From the IMG/VR virus record IMGVR_UViG_3300037466_001520: DNA of 64,000 nucleotides; one strand, written 5' to 3'. Within the stretch, counting starts at the first letter, position 1. Each line of letters begins with the position of its first letter. This DNA comes from a virus. Taxonomy: Duplodnaviria; Heunggongvirae; Uroviricota; Caudoviricetes. This document shows positions 35,161 to 44,581 of this stretch, piece by piece. A model generated the notes under the pieces. The model was given only the letters and a program-made list of their open reading frames with translations, was not told where the DNA came from and ran no database searches. The position numbers were made by a program, and so were the translations under genes.

Positions 35161-36441
35161 ATGACCACTACTTTCGTTCTTGACTCCAGCGTTCTGCTCT
35201 CCGCTGGGAAGAAGGCACTGTATTCGTTCGGTGAGAATGACGTGGTCATTCCATTCACCGTGGTCAAGGAGATCGAGTCCAAGAGGAGCGATCCCGAGAC
35301 CGGCTACCCCGCACGTTCCGTGCTGCGAGCCCTCGACGAGATGAACGACGCCGGAGACCTCAAGGTCGGCGTCCCCCTCGGCGAGGGCTTCGGCACGCTC
35401 AGGGTCGAGGCCAACCACATCGGCGAGACCCCCGACCTCCTGCGCAGCTACCCATCGAACGACACCCGCATCGCGACGGTCGCCTTCAATCTCAAGCTCG
35501 ACGACCCGAACGTCGTGCTCGTCACCAAGGATCTCACGCTCCGCATCGTCGCATCGCTCGTCGACGTCCCGACTCAGGGCTTCGGCGTTGGTGACTTCTC
35601 CACCGAGCACATCGACAAGGTCGAGACCGCGTGGATCGACTCCGAGGTCATCGACCAGATCCACGGCACCGGAGGTGCTCGCCTCAACCTCGACGTTCCG
35701 CTGAACGTGCCGCTGGAGCTTCGCTCGTTCACCGAGCCGAAGAAGACCGCCCTAGTGCTCGCCCAGAAGGAGTACATCTTCCGCAAGGTCGAGGCCCCGA
35801 AGATCTCCGGGCTTGAGTCCCACAGCCGCGAGCAGGCCTTCGCCATCGACTACCTCACGGACGAGGACGTGCAGATCGTCTCTCTCGGAGGCCGCGCCGG
35901 AACCGGCAAGACCACACTGGCCCTCGCAGCAGGCGTCGAGCAGCTCGACAAGCCCTTCAAGAAGATCATCGTCTTCCGCTCCATGCACTCGGTCGGAGGC
36001 GAGGAGCTGGGCTTCCTCCCGGGCACCGAGCAGGAGAAGCTGGACCCGTGGACCAAGGCCATCTTCGACTCACTGGAGAGCTTCCTGACCAAGGGCCAGA
36101 TCGACAAGCTCAAGCGCGAGCAGCGCATCGAAGTCCTGCCGATCACGCACGTTCGCGGACGCACCTTCTCGAACGCCTTCATCGTCATCGACGAGGCCCA
36201 GAACCTCGAACGCGCCACCATCATGACGCTCCTGTCCCGTCTCGGACACAACTCCAAGGCCGTGCTATCGTGGGACGTCTCGCAGCGCGACAACTTCCGC
36301 GTGGGCCGCTTCGACGGCATCTATGAGGTCGTCCGCCGACTCCTCGGCGAAGAGCTGTTCGGGCACGTCTCGCTGCACAAGTCGGAGCGCTCCGCAGTGG
36401 CCGAGCTGGTGTCGCGAAAGCTGGACGACTTCGACAACTGA
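35161..36441 (+). CDS. PIN-domain / PhoH-like ATPase (YlaK-like)
   Basis: N-terminal PIN (FVLDSSVLL ... D); Walker A GRAGTGKTT; VIDEAQN. Confidence 0.8.
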   Translation: MTTTFVLDSSVLLSAGKKALYSFGENDVVIPFTVVKEIESKRSDPETGYPARSVLRALDEMNDAGDLKVGVPLGEGFGTLRVEANHIGETPDLLRSYPSNDTRIATVAFNLKLDDPNVVLVTKDLTLRIVASLVDVPTQGFGVGDFSTEHIDKVETAWIDSEVIDQIHGTGGARLNLDVPLNVPLELRSFTEPKKTALVLAQKEYIFRKVEAPKISGLESHSREQAFAIDYLTDEDVQIVSLGGRAGTGKTTLALAAGVEQLDKPFKKIIVFRSMHSVGGEELGFLPGTEQEKLDPWTKAIFDSLESFLTKGQIDKLKREQRIEVLPITHVRGRTFSNAFIVIDEAQNLERATIMTLLSRLGHNSKAVLSWDVSQRDNFRVGRFDGIYEVVRRLLGEELFGHVSLHKSERSAVAELVSRKLDDFDN

Positions 36442-36477
36442 TTTGTCCGACCCGGGACCCAGTGTTAGCATACACAC

Positions 36478-37149
36478 ATGCAAAACGTCATCCTTCGGGC
36501 CATCACTGGGTCCCGGGCCTACGGGCTGAACCACGCCGACTCCGGCACCGACCGGATGGGTATCTTCGTCGCGCCGACGCTCGACGTCGCTGGCCTCAAC
36601 TGGAGCCAGCACAGGGAGACTTGGTCGAACGCCAGCCCAGACGGGGACGACACTACCTACCATGAGATCGGCAAGTATCTCCGGCTCGTGCTCAAGGGCA
36701 ATCCGACGCTGATCGAGCTGCTCTTCATGAACGAGTACGAGATCCTCGACGAGACCGGGATGGACATCCTGAGCCTGCGCGAGTCAATCGTCTCCGAGAC
36801 GAACATTCGCCCGTCCTACTACGGCTACGCCGCTGCCCAGCTCCGCGAGTTCCAGAACCGCCCCAACCCCAAAGACAAGATGCCCCGGCACTGCCTCCGC
36901 ATCGCGCGTCAGGCCGTCGAGCTGCTGGAGACAGGGACGACGAACGTCCGCGTCTCGGACCCCGAGGAGTACTTCGACCTGACCGAGCTGCCGAAGTACA
37001 GGATCGTCGAGATCCTCGGCGAGGAGGTCGAGAAGATCAAGACCGTCCACACCTCACTACGCCACGAGCCGGACAGGGAGCGGGTCGTCGAGTTCCTCGA
37101 TGCCGTACGGTTCCTCAACACGAAGAACCCCTACGCCTTGACAGTGTAG
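36478..37149 (+). CDS. Pol-beta-superfamily nucleotidyltransferase
   Basis: TGSRAYGLNHADSGTDRMGIF = GS-x9-DxDxD NTase signature. Confidence 0.55.
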   Translation: MQNVILRAITGSRAYGLNHADSGTDRMGIFVAPTLDVAGLNWSQHRETWSNASPDGDDTTYHEIGKYLRLVLKGNPTLIELLFMNEYEILDETGMDILSLRESIVSETNIRPSYYGYAAAQLREFQNRPNPKDKMPRHCLRIARQAVELLETGTTNVRVSDPEEYFDLTELPKYRIVEILGEEVEKIKTVHTSLRHEPDRERVVEFLDAVRFLNTKNPYALTV

Positions 37150-37210
37150 GCTTTACAAATGTAGTATCGTTTGATAAACTGAGGGAGAAGCTTTACCAAG
37201 GACTACCCTC

Positions 37211-37483
37211 ATGATCAATCTGCTCGTCTCCTTCGAGTACGAGACTCTCGGCTCCGAATCCCTGCCTGAGGATCAGCGCACGGGCGTCGGAGCCGTTGAC
37301 GTTTCTGTGGAGAGACTACCGGAAACTATCGAAGAGTTCCGGGAAATCGCCCGCACCATCGGCAAGCTCCGCACACCGGAGAAGACCGAGGACTACAAGT
37401 CCGTGAACATCCTCCAGATCGCCGTCCTCGACAAGATCATCCCGGATAGCGGCGAAGTGCTGGAGGGCGAAATTGTCATCTGA
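37211..37483 (+). CDS. hypothetical acidic protein
   Basis: 90-aa ORF. Confidence 0.45.
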   Translation: MINLLVSFEYETLGSESLPEDQRTGVGAVDVSVERLPETIEEFREIARTIGKLRTPEKTEDYKSVNILQIAVLDKIIPDSGEVLEGEIVI

Positions 37484-37877
37484 CCTCGGACGCTGGTGGG
37501 AGGACGCCGCCTGCCAAGGACAGTGGGCTCTCTTCGACTCCACGAAGCCCACAGACCGCAAGCAGGCAGCAGCCATCTGCGCCGAGTGCCCGGTGCGCTG
37601 GGAGTGCTTGCAGGACTCGCTGAACCGACAGGACCGCCACGGATTCCACGGAGGCGCTGACGAGCTTGAGCTGCGCATCATGCAGTCCGTGAACTCCAAG
37701 GGCGAGACCCACATCTACCCCGGACGCCGGATCCGCTGCGCCTTCTGCGGGCCGCGCTCGACAAAGCACCTGACGGTGCTGGAGCGCCGACGCACCAAGA
37801 CCCACATCCAGTGCTCGCAGTGCGGGCTGGAGTGGTGGACGCGCAAGATCATAAATAAGAAGGCCGACAACTTCTGA
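37473..37877 (+). CDS. WhiB-like Fe-S transcription factor with C-terminal zinc-ribbon extension
   Basis: WWEDAACQGQ ... ICAECPVRWECL (four Cys) plus extra CxxC pairs; TTG start after GGAGGG. Confidence 0.7.
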   Translation: MSSDLGRWWEDAACQGQWALFDSTKPTDRKQAAAICAECPVRWECLQDSLNRQDRHGFHGGADELELRIMQSVNSKGETHIYPGRRIRCAFCGPRSTKHLTVLERRRTKTHIQCSQCGLEWWTRKIINKKADNF

Positions 37878-37943
37878 GTTGACGGTTTGTATCCTGACCT
37901 CGTAAGCTAGCTCCGAAGCTATTACGAAGGCAGGCATACACAC

Positions 37944-40049
37944 TTGAACAACTGGGAGACCCTCTTTGCCCCCGTCCTCGCGAAGGGCAGGCAAGTCCGC
38001 GAGGGTCAGGCATTGCTCGGCAACGCCATCATCAACGCCATCGAGCATGGCGGTAGCCTCCTCGGGGAGGCCGGTACGGGAACCGGTAAGAGCTTCGCAA
38101 CGCTCATCCCGATCATCTCCAAGGTCATCGAGGCCAAGAAGGAGAACAAGCGCTACCGGGGCGTTGTCTCGACCGAGACCAACACCCTGCTCGCCCAGCT
38201 TGTCGACAAGGATCTTCCCTTCCTCGCCAAGCTCTACCCGGGCTTCGAGTACCGCAAGCTCATGGGCCGCTCGAATTACCTGTGCCTCAACGTCGCCAAG
38301 CAGAGTGCGAAGGGTGACCTCCAGCTCGACATGCTCGTCAAGAAGCTGGAGATGCGCAAGGACAGCATCGGGGACGGCGAGAAGGCCGACGTCGAGCGCG
38401 TGCTGAACCGCAAGCTCACCAAGGACGAGTGGGAGTCCATCGCCGGTTCCTCCAAGTTCTGCCCCGAGAACCAGTGCTCCTCGGACGAGTGCTTCACCGC
38501 CAAGGCCCGCACCAAGGCCCTCGAAGCCGACATCGTCATCACCAACCACGCGCTCCTCGCCACCGACACGGAGATGAAGGCCGGGGACGCCCAGTTCAGC
38601 GAAGGCCTGCTCGGGACGATCAACTGCCTCGTGGTGGACGAAGGCCACAAGCTGGAGCCGGTGCTCGTGGACCAGTGGACCAAGCGGCTCTCCGACTGGG
38701 AGCTTCGGGAGATGTCCGCCAGCGTCAACGAGGGCATCTACAACGCCCGCCCGAACTTCACGGACACGGACGGTGTCGCCGATCAGGCAGGGCAAGCCCT
38801 CGCAGGACTCGAAGACATGCTCAAGAACATCCTCCGCTTTTTTGTAAAACTTGCAGAAAAGCGCGGCGAGGAGTGGGACGGCTACTCCGAGGCGCTGTCC
38901 GAGAAGCTCCTCAGCTCCTCGGACTCCTCGACCCTGCTCACGCTCATGGCCGAGTACGAGGTCGAGAACCCCAAGCGGATCGAGGCCGCGATGCTCGCGA
39001 TGATCAACGCCAACGATTACCTCAAGAAGGCTCTCGAAGCAGCCGAGACGCTGGGCACCAAGAGCGTCAAGCGGAAGATCCGCAAGGGCATCACGGCCTC
39101 GAAGAACCTGCTGGAGATCCTCGGGATCATGTCCAACGCACTCCAGACCAAGGAGGGCATCGTCAACCGCTTCGGCACCTTCGGGTGCATCGTGGATGGC
39201 TGGAAGCGCTTCAACGGCGAGCCGGGTCTGACGATCCGCCTCGTGCCGCTGGACGTCTCGGCGCGCGCCCGGTTCATCTGGGAGGGAGTGAAGACCCCGG
39301 TCCTGCTCTCGGCGACCCTGACGGACCTCACGGACCCGTCCAACCCGTTCCGCTACGCTCGCGAGTGCGTGGCCTTCCCTCCGGGGAAGGAGATCCGGGT
39401 GGAAAGCCCCTTCGACCTCAAGACCCAGCAGCTCATCTACGTCACCGCAGGGCAGGACGAGCCAGCCGACGTCAAGGGCGCGCAGTTCTCCTTCAACGAA
39501 CTGCTGCGCCTCGTGGAGGCCTCCAAGGGCCGCGCGCTCGTGCTGTTCACCTCCCGCAAGGAGCTGGACTGGGCGGCGTCTCAGGCCCGCTTCGCACAGG
39601 CTCAGGGGCTCTTCCCGTACCGGATCCTCGTGCAGGAGAAGGACTCGGACAAGGCCCAGCTCGCAGCAGACTTCAAGGAGGACGTGCACTCCGTGCTGTT
39701 CGCCACGAAGAGCTTCTTCACCGGATTCGACGCGCCCGGTGAGACACTGTCTATGGTAGCAATTTGCAAGTTCCCGCTTCCGCGATACAGTGTTGAGTGC
39801 AGGCAGCAGATCGCGCACTGGCGCTCACGAGGGTTCTCCAACTGGTACACACGCGCGGCGCTGACGGACCTTGAGCAGGCCTTCGGTCGGCTCGTCCGCT
39901 CGGACGACTGCCGGGGAGTGCTCGCGCTCCTCGACCAGCGGGCCATGGACTCCAAGTCCAACGTCTTCAAGACGGCCCACCTCGGGCTGACCTCGGTCGG
40001 CTCACCCATCACGCAGGACATCAACCAAGTCTCCGCCTTCTTCAACTAG
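37944..40049 (+). CDS. DinG/Rad3-family Fe-S helicase
   Basis: Walker A GTGKS; DEGH box (VVDEGHKLE); 4-Cys Fe-S segment (CLNV ... CPENQCSSDEC). Confidence 0.8.
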   Translation: MNNWETLFAPVLAKGRQVREGQALLGNAIINAIEHGGSLLGEAGTGTGKSFATLIPIISKVIEAKKENKRYRGVVSTETNTLLAQLVDKDLPFLAKLYPGFEYRKLMGRSNYLCLNVAKQSAKGDLQLDMLVKKLEMRKDSIGDGEKADVERVLNRKLTKDEWESIAGSSKFCPENQCSSDECFTAKARTKALEADIVITNHALLATDTEMKAGDAQFSEGLLGTINCLVVDEGHKLEPVLVDQWTKRLSDWELREMSASVNEGIYNARPNFTDTDGVADQAGQALAGLEDMLKNILRFFVKLAEKRGEEWDGYSEALSEKLLSSSDSSTLLTLMAEYEVENPKRIEAAMLAMINANDYLKKALEAAETLGTKSVKRKIRKGITASKNLLEILGIMSNALQTKEGIVNRFGTFGCIVDGWKRFNGEPGLTIRLVPLDVSARARFIWEGVKTPVLLSATLTDLTDPSNPFRYARECVAFPPGKEIRVESPFDLKTQQLIYVTAGQDEPADVKGAQFSFNELLRLVEASKGRALVLFTSRKELDWAASQARFAQAQGLFPYRILVQEKDSDKAQLAADFKEDVHSVLFATKSFFTGFDAPGETLSMVAICKFPLPRYSVECRQQIAHWRSRGFSNWYTRAALTDLEQAFGRLVRSDDCRGVLALLDQRAMDSKSNVFKTAHLGLTSVGSPITQDINQVSAFFN

Positions 40050-40054
40050 GACCC

Positions 40055-41215
40055 ATGAAACTCTCTGACGTCAGGGGCGAGGTAGACCTCGACCCCGAGG
40101 CCGCTATTTCCTTCATCACCAACTGGTTCCACGCCGAAGACCTCATCACCTTCGTCGGTCGGCGCTCCGTCGCCGAGGACCGCTACAACACCCTCTCCGC
40201 GTCCATGACGGCCATGGAGTTCGTCCAGCTCGTCCGAGAGGACCCCGAGTCCTTCCGGGGGCTGGTCTTCGACTCCGAGGGCGGCACGTGGAACCTCTAC
40301 GTCGGGGTCTGCCCCGTCAAGGAGCCCGCAGCTCCCACCCAGCGCGGGACCGAGGACAACGTCCTCTACGTGCCCGGGGTCTGGGCAGACATCGACGTGA
40401 AGGCCGGGAGCTTCGAGTCGACCGAGGACATCATCGAATTCCTCGGCGAACTCGAACTCGAACCCACGATGATCTGCGGATCAGGCTCGGGCGGCGTGCA
40501 CGCCTACTGGCGTCTGCACTGGGGGACCGCTGGCGACAAGCAGCTCATCGAGCAGTGGTGGAGCTACCTCGCGGAGAAGTCCGCGCCGCGCGTGATCGAC
40601 AAGCTCATCGACGTCACGCGCATCCTCCGTGTGCCCGGGTCGGTCAACTTCCCCAAGCAGACCGGCAAGGCGGACGCAGACACCCGCCTAAAGCCCGTGG
40701 TGCTCTACAGGGCGACCGGAAAGACCTACTCGGCAGAGGAGATCCGGGCAGTCTCCAATGACGCCTTCGAGAGGCGCAGGGCGGCTCGCAAGGCGCTGAT
40801 CCACGCGGACTCGCAGCGCCGCTTCCAGACCGACGCGCTCATGCGTCAGGTGCTCTCGACCGGGCTGCACAACCGCTGGCGGATGTTCCGGGCCATCGCT
40901 TTCATGGAAGACTATTACAACTCCGAGCTGACGTGGGACGAGATCCTCACGCCCTACGGTTGGCAGTGGCTTCGCACACTCCGGGACGGCTCCAACGAGT
41001 GGGCTCGCCCGGGTCGCGCAGAGCGCTCGGCAGTGGTGGATTTCGAGGACAGCCCGGTCATGAGCCTGCTCTCCTCCTCGGAGGAGACCGGCCTGAGCGA
41101 CCTCAAGGATGCCGGGATCGCGCTGACCAAGTTCCGCGTGCTCCTCCGGCTACACTTCGACGACAACCACGAGGCGCTCGTGCAGGACTTCCTCGCAAGG
41201 ATGGACAACAAGTGA
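40055..41215 (+). CDS. primase-polymerase (PrimPol/AEP-like) protein
   Basis: N-terminal region with VPGVWADIDVK-type acidic catalytic motif; 386 aa; placement next to the helicase-primase. Confidence 0.5.
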   Translation: MKLSDVRGEVDLDPEAAISFITNWFHAEDLITFVGRRSVAEDRYNTLSASMTAMEFVQLVREDPESFRGLVFDSEGGTWNLYVGVCPVKEPAAPTQRGTEDNVLYVPGVWADIDVKAGSFESTEDIIEFLGELELEPTMICGSGSGGVHAYWRLHWGTAGDKQLIEQWWSYLAEKSAPRVIDKLIDVTRILRVPGSVNFPKQTGKADADTRLKPVVLYRATGKTYSAEEIRAVSNDAFERRRAARKALIHADSQRRFQTDALMRQVLSTGLHNRWRMFRAIAFMEDYYNSELTWDEILTPYGWQWLRTLRDGSNEWARPGRAERSAVVDFEDSPVMSLLSSSEETGLSDLKDAGIALTKFRVLLRLHFDDNHEALVQDFLARMDNK

Positions 41216-41526
41216 CCAAGCGAGGAACCTCCAACACCAACGACCGGGGGTCCTCCTACGCGAGGCGTGCCCGGAAGCAGTGGCTCCTCGATGAGTTCGG
41301 CGACGGGACCGAGGCGGAGTGCTCATTTTGTCACCGTACGGTGACATTTTCGACGATCAGCGTTGACCGCTATCCCATCCCCGGATGCGAGGGCGGTCGC
41401 TACGTCAAGGGCAACATCCGACCTAGTTGCAATTCTTGCAATTCCAAGGATGGCGGCTTGCTAGGGAACGCAAGGCGACTTGCCCGGTCCGCCGATTCGA
41501 CACTGTTGATGGTAGCCTCCGCTTGA
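41211..41526 (+). CDS. HNH endonuclease
   Basis: CSFCH ... PIPGCEGGRY ... NIRPSCNSCNSK; GTGA overlap. Confidence 0.65.
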
Positions 41527-41562
41527 GGTATGCTGGAACGAGAACGCAAAAAAGGCTACTGA

Positions 41563-43245
41563 ATGTCTGAACAGGAAATCCTCGACCAAATCGTGGTCGA
41601 GATGAATTTGGCCGAATGGTGGACCGAGCTTATCGGCAACCAGAAGATCACCGACAAATTCGACGACGAAGAGGCAGCAAAGGGACTGCCGCGCACCGAG
41701 GTAACGGCAGCGCAGAAGATCAAGGAGAAGTTCGAGAACATCCTCTCCTACACGGAGCGGGACGAGCGCTGGTACATCTGGGACGGACGGGTCCACACGC
41801 CGTGCGAGGGCACGCTCGTGGCCTTCAACGTCGCCAAGCTGTACTACGCGGCCACCTGTGATGCTCTCGACTTCATCGAGAACGCCATCGAGACCGAGGC
41901 CGAAGCGGTCCGCAAGTCGGGCGCTCAGGACTCGGAGAAGAACGCTCAGGCGATCAGGGATAAGTACAACAAGACAATCTTCCCGAAGCACCGTAACTTC
42001 CGCGACCGCATGGCGACCGAGGCCGGTCTGTCCGCACTCGTCCGCATCATGCGATCCGAACTCGTCGTCGACCCCACCAAGTACGAGAACGACCAGAAGT
42101 ACTTCGTCATGCGCGACTGGGTCCTCGACCTCGAAGCGTTCCGCGAGAACGGCGGAAAGGTCACCAAGGGAACCTTCATCCCGCACTCCGCCGACATGCC
42201 GATCACCCGGTACTTCGACGCCGACTACAACCCCAACCTCAACCTCGGCTGGTGGGACCAGTACCTTGAACGGTCGATCCCGTCCAAGGCCCAGCGCGAC
42301 TACCTCCAGATGGTGGCAGGAGCGGCTTACATGGGCATGTCCAAACTTCGCTGCATCATCAACCTCTCGGGCATGCCGGGTACCGGCAAGTCGGTGTTCG
42401 TCGACACCCTGCACAGCCTCGGAAGCGGTGGCGCAGGGTACTCGGAGTTCCCCGACTCCCGGGCGCTGACCAAGGTCTCGGGGCAGAACTTCGAACAGGA
42501 CATGCTGCGCTCCAAGCGCTTCATCGCCATCTCGGAGCCTGCCAGCACCGAACGCATCGACGACGACTTCCTCAAGAAGTTCTCCGGCGACGACTACGTC
42601 ATGACGCGAACGCTGAACGTCAAGTCCTCCGGCTGGATCCCTCAGGGGATCATCTTCGTGGCCTCCAACGCCCCGCTCAAGATCAACACGCGGGACAAGG
42701 CAATCGTCGAGCGCGTCCAGATGATCGAGTTCCCGGTGGAGTTCCAGAAGGTCCCGGCAGGGATGGAGCACACCGTCCCGGAGGAGATCCGGGCCATCGA
42801 CGGGCTTGAGGCGAAGATCCGCGAGGACCGCTCGCGCGTCCTGACGTGGATCATCCTCGGCATGCGCGCGTTCATCCAGAACGGGTGCAAGCTCACCCCT
42901 CCCGACGAGGTCGTGCGGATGGGCTCCCAGAACGTCTCGGAGTCCTCCACGGCGCTGCGCTTCATCGAGGAGTACATGGAGGACGGCCTCATCGAGTTCG
43001 ACCCCGAGGAGGACCCCGAGTACATGATCGGCGAGCAGGAGCTTTACGGTCGGTACCAGATCTGGTGCTCCCTCGTGGGGGAGCGCCGACACCTCAGCAA
43101 GAAATTCTTCGTGCAGGACGTGAATAGGCACTACAATGTAGGTAATAAGACTGCGAAGCACGGAACGATCAAAAAGCTCTTCGGGTTCAGACCGACTCTG
43201 GAGTACCGCGCCCAGTTCGCGATCAAGACGCAGCTTGTGGATTGA
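41563..43245 (+). CDS. D5/P4-type primase-helicase (SF3 NTPase)
   Basis: Walker A GMPGTGKSV; 560 aa. Confidence 0.65.
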   Translation: MSEQEILDQIVVEMNLAEWWTELIGNQKITDKFDDEEAAKGLPRTEVTAAQKIKEKFENILSYTERDERWYIWDGRVHTPCEGTLVAFNVAKLYYAATCDALDFIENAIETEAEAVRKSGAQDSEKNAQAIRDKYNKTIFPKHRNFRDRMATEAGLSALVRIMRSELVVDPTKYENDQKYFVMRDWVLDLEAFRENGGKVTKGTFIPHSADMPITRYFDADYNPNLNLGWWDQYLERSIPSKAQRDYLQMVAGAAYMGMSKLRCIINLSGMPGTGKSVFVDTLHSLGSGGAGYSEFPDSRALTKVSGQNFEQDMLRSKRFIAISEPASTERIDDDFLKKFSGDDYVMTRTLNVKSSGWIPQGIIFVASNAPLKINTRDKAIVERVQMIEFPVEFQKVPAGMEHTVPEEIRAIDGLEAKIREDRSRVLTWIILGMRAFIQNGCKLTPPDEVVRMGSQNVSESSTALRFIEEYMEDGLIEFDPEEDPEYMIGEQELYGRYQIWCSLVGERRHLSKKFFVQDVNRHYNVGNKTAKHGTIKKLFGFRPTLEYRAQFAIKTQLVD

Positions 43246-43260
43246 AAGGTTTGTATCATA

Positions 43261-43578
43261 ATGGCACAGATTGACGTCGACGCACTCACCAATCTGCTCT
43301 GGGCCGAGGGCTTCGAGTACGAGATTCTTGAGGACGAGGCCTGCCAGATCGGCGCTCTGCGGATCTACGGCACGGAGGTCCGGCTGACCATCGAGGAGCT
43401 ATACCCCGAGGCCGATGGCTGGGTTCTCGACCCCACCGTCCTGAGGGTCGAGTACCGCTCCGGGGACCCGTTCTGGGGGTCCGGGGACTATCAGGAGATC
43501 GACATCTACGAGGTCGAGACCGAGGCCGAGCTGTTTCTCCTCATCGACAACGTACTGCTGGCGGAGGCGGCACGATGA
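43261..43578 (+). CDS. hypothetical protein
   Basis: 105-aa ORF. Confidence 0.5.
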   Translation: MAQIDVDALTNLLWAEGFEYEILEDEACQIGALRIYGTEVRLTIEELYPEADGWVLDPTVLRVEYRSGDPFWGSGDYQEIDIYEVETEAELFLLIDNVLLAEAAR

Positions 43579-43769
43579 GGCCGCTCTACGCCCGCACCCA
43601 CAAGCGGCTCCGCAAGCGCCGGAACAAGCTGGAGGCCCAGATCCTCCAGCTCCGGTCGCTGCGCGATGACCTCAGGAGCGAGATCAACCGTAAGCTGGTG
43701 GCACTCGATCAGGTGGCCGAGGCTCAGGAGGCCCTCGAAGAGGAGGAGAAACTCCTCGACGAGGAGTAG
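43575..43769 (+). CDS. hypothetical coiled-coil protein
   Basis: 64-aa ORF; ATGA overlap. Confidence 0.45.
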   Translation: MRPLYARTHKRLRKRRNKLEAQILQLRSLRDDLRSEINRKLVALDQVAEAQEALEEEEKLLDEE

Positions 43770-43847
43770 TTGACAGGTCGTTGGACACGGTACTACGATG
43801 TGTATATGTTAGCCGGACAGGCCGGAAACCACAGACAGGAGAGACCG

Positions 43848-44213
43848 ATGACCGAGACCCTCACCCCCGCAGCAGCCGAAATCCTCGAACAGCTCACCGA
43901 GGAGGAGCTTCTCGCCCAGTTCCACGAGGGTGCTGCCCCTGCCAGTCAGGACATCCTCGACCTGATCGCCGAGTACAAGGCGGCGCACGAGGCCGAGAAG
44001 GAGGCCAAGGCGGCGAAGGAAGCGGCCAAGAAGCTCATCCTCGAAGAGATGGACAAGCAGGACGTCAACATCTTCACCAAGAACGGCGTCCCCGTCGTGC
44101 AGGACATCCACTACCTGCAAGAGGACTGGGACAAGAAGTCCATCCTCAAGGCCTTCCCCGGCGTGATGAAGTTCATCACCAAGTCCGCCCACACCCGCTT
44201 CTCGGTGAAGTAG
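43848..44213 (+). CDS. hypothetical protein
   Basis: ATG after CAGGAGAGACC; TTGACA-N18-TACGAT promoter at 43770-43800 makes the track start 43770 unlikely; two hairpin terminators downstream. Confidence 0.5.
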   Translation: MTETLTPAAAEILEQLTEEELLAQFHEGAAPASQDILDLIAEYKAAHEAEKEAKAAKEAAKKLILEEMDKQDVNIFTKNGVPVVQDIHYLQEDWDKKSILKAFPGVMKFITKSAHTRFSVK

Positions 44214-44216
44214 ACA

Positions 44217-44315
44217 TCCGAAACGTCCGCTGGTAGCGTTGATCTCCAGCGGACGTTTCCCTGTCTGGTCCGTGTTGGAGAAAGGCCCCCGGTTGGATAA
44301 CCTCGGGGGCCTTTC
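44217..44315 (+). terminator. two consecutive hairpins (13-bp stem AAACGTCCGCTGG...; GGCCCCC-...-GGGGGCC-TTTCTTG)
   Basis: After ORF 43848-44213. Confidence 0.5.
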
Positions 44316-44371
44316 TTGCGCTTTGGCATTTGACACTGTATGCTGTTACGGAAGTCTATCTAGGATCCATC

Positions 44372-44581
44372 GTGAAAGAACTTGTAAAGACAACCTCGGC
44401 AGTCCTCATCCCCAAGCGCGACAACTGGCGCTGGGTCATCCGCGAACTCACCGCTGGCCTCGACGTCGAATACTGGCCGCAGAGGCGCACCGCCTCGGGG
44501 AACACCCTCGTCGGCATCTCCTCCTACCGCAAGTCGGACATCGACAAGGTGCTCGAACGGGCCGTCGAGAAGCTCTCCTAG
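44372..44581 (+). CDS. hypothetical protein
   Basis: The track ORF starts at the TTG of the TTGACACTG motif; GTG 44372 is preferred. Confidence 0.4.
   Translation: MKELVKTTSAVLIPKRDNWRWVIRELTAGLDVEYWPQRRTASGNTLVGISSYRKSDIDKVLERAVEKLS

Noticed and set aside
26060-41460. TTGCAA-N3-TTGCAA-like strings inside HNH genes (26063, 41444)
   Set aside because: They encode the CNSCNS zinc-finger segment of HNH endonucleases; coding coincidence, not regulatory dyads.
37476-43161. Long minus-strand ORFs (780 aa and 566 aa) opposite the helicase and primase-helicase genes
   Set aside because: Shadow ORFs; the plus-strand products carry Walker/DEGH/Fe-S motifs.
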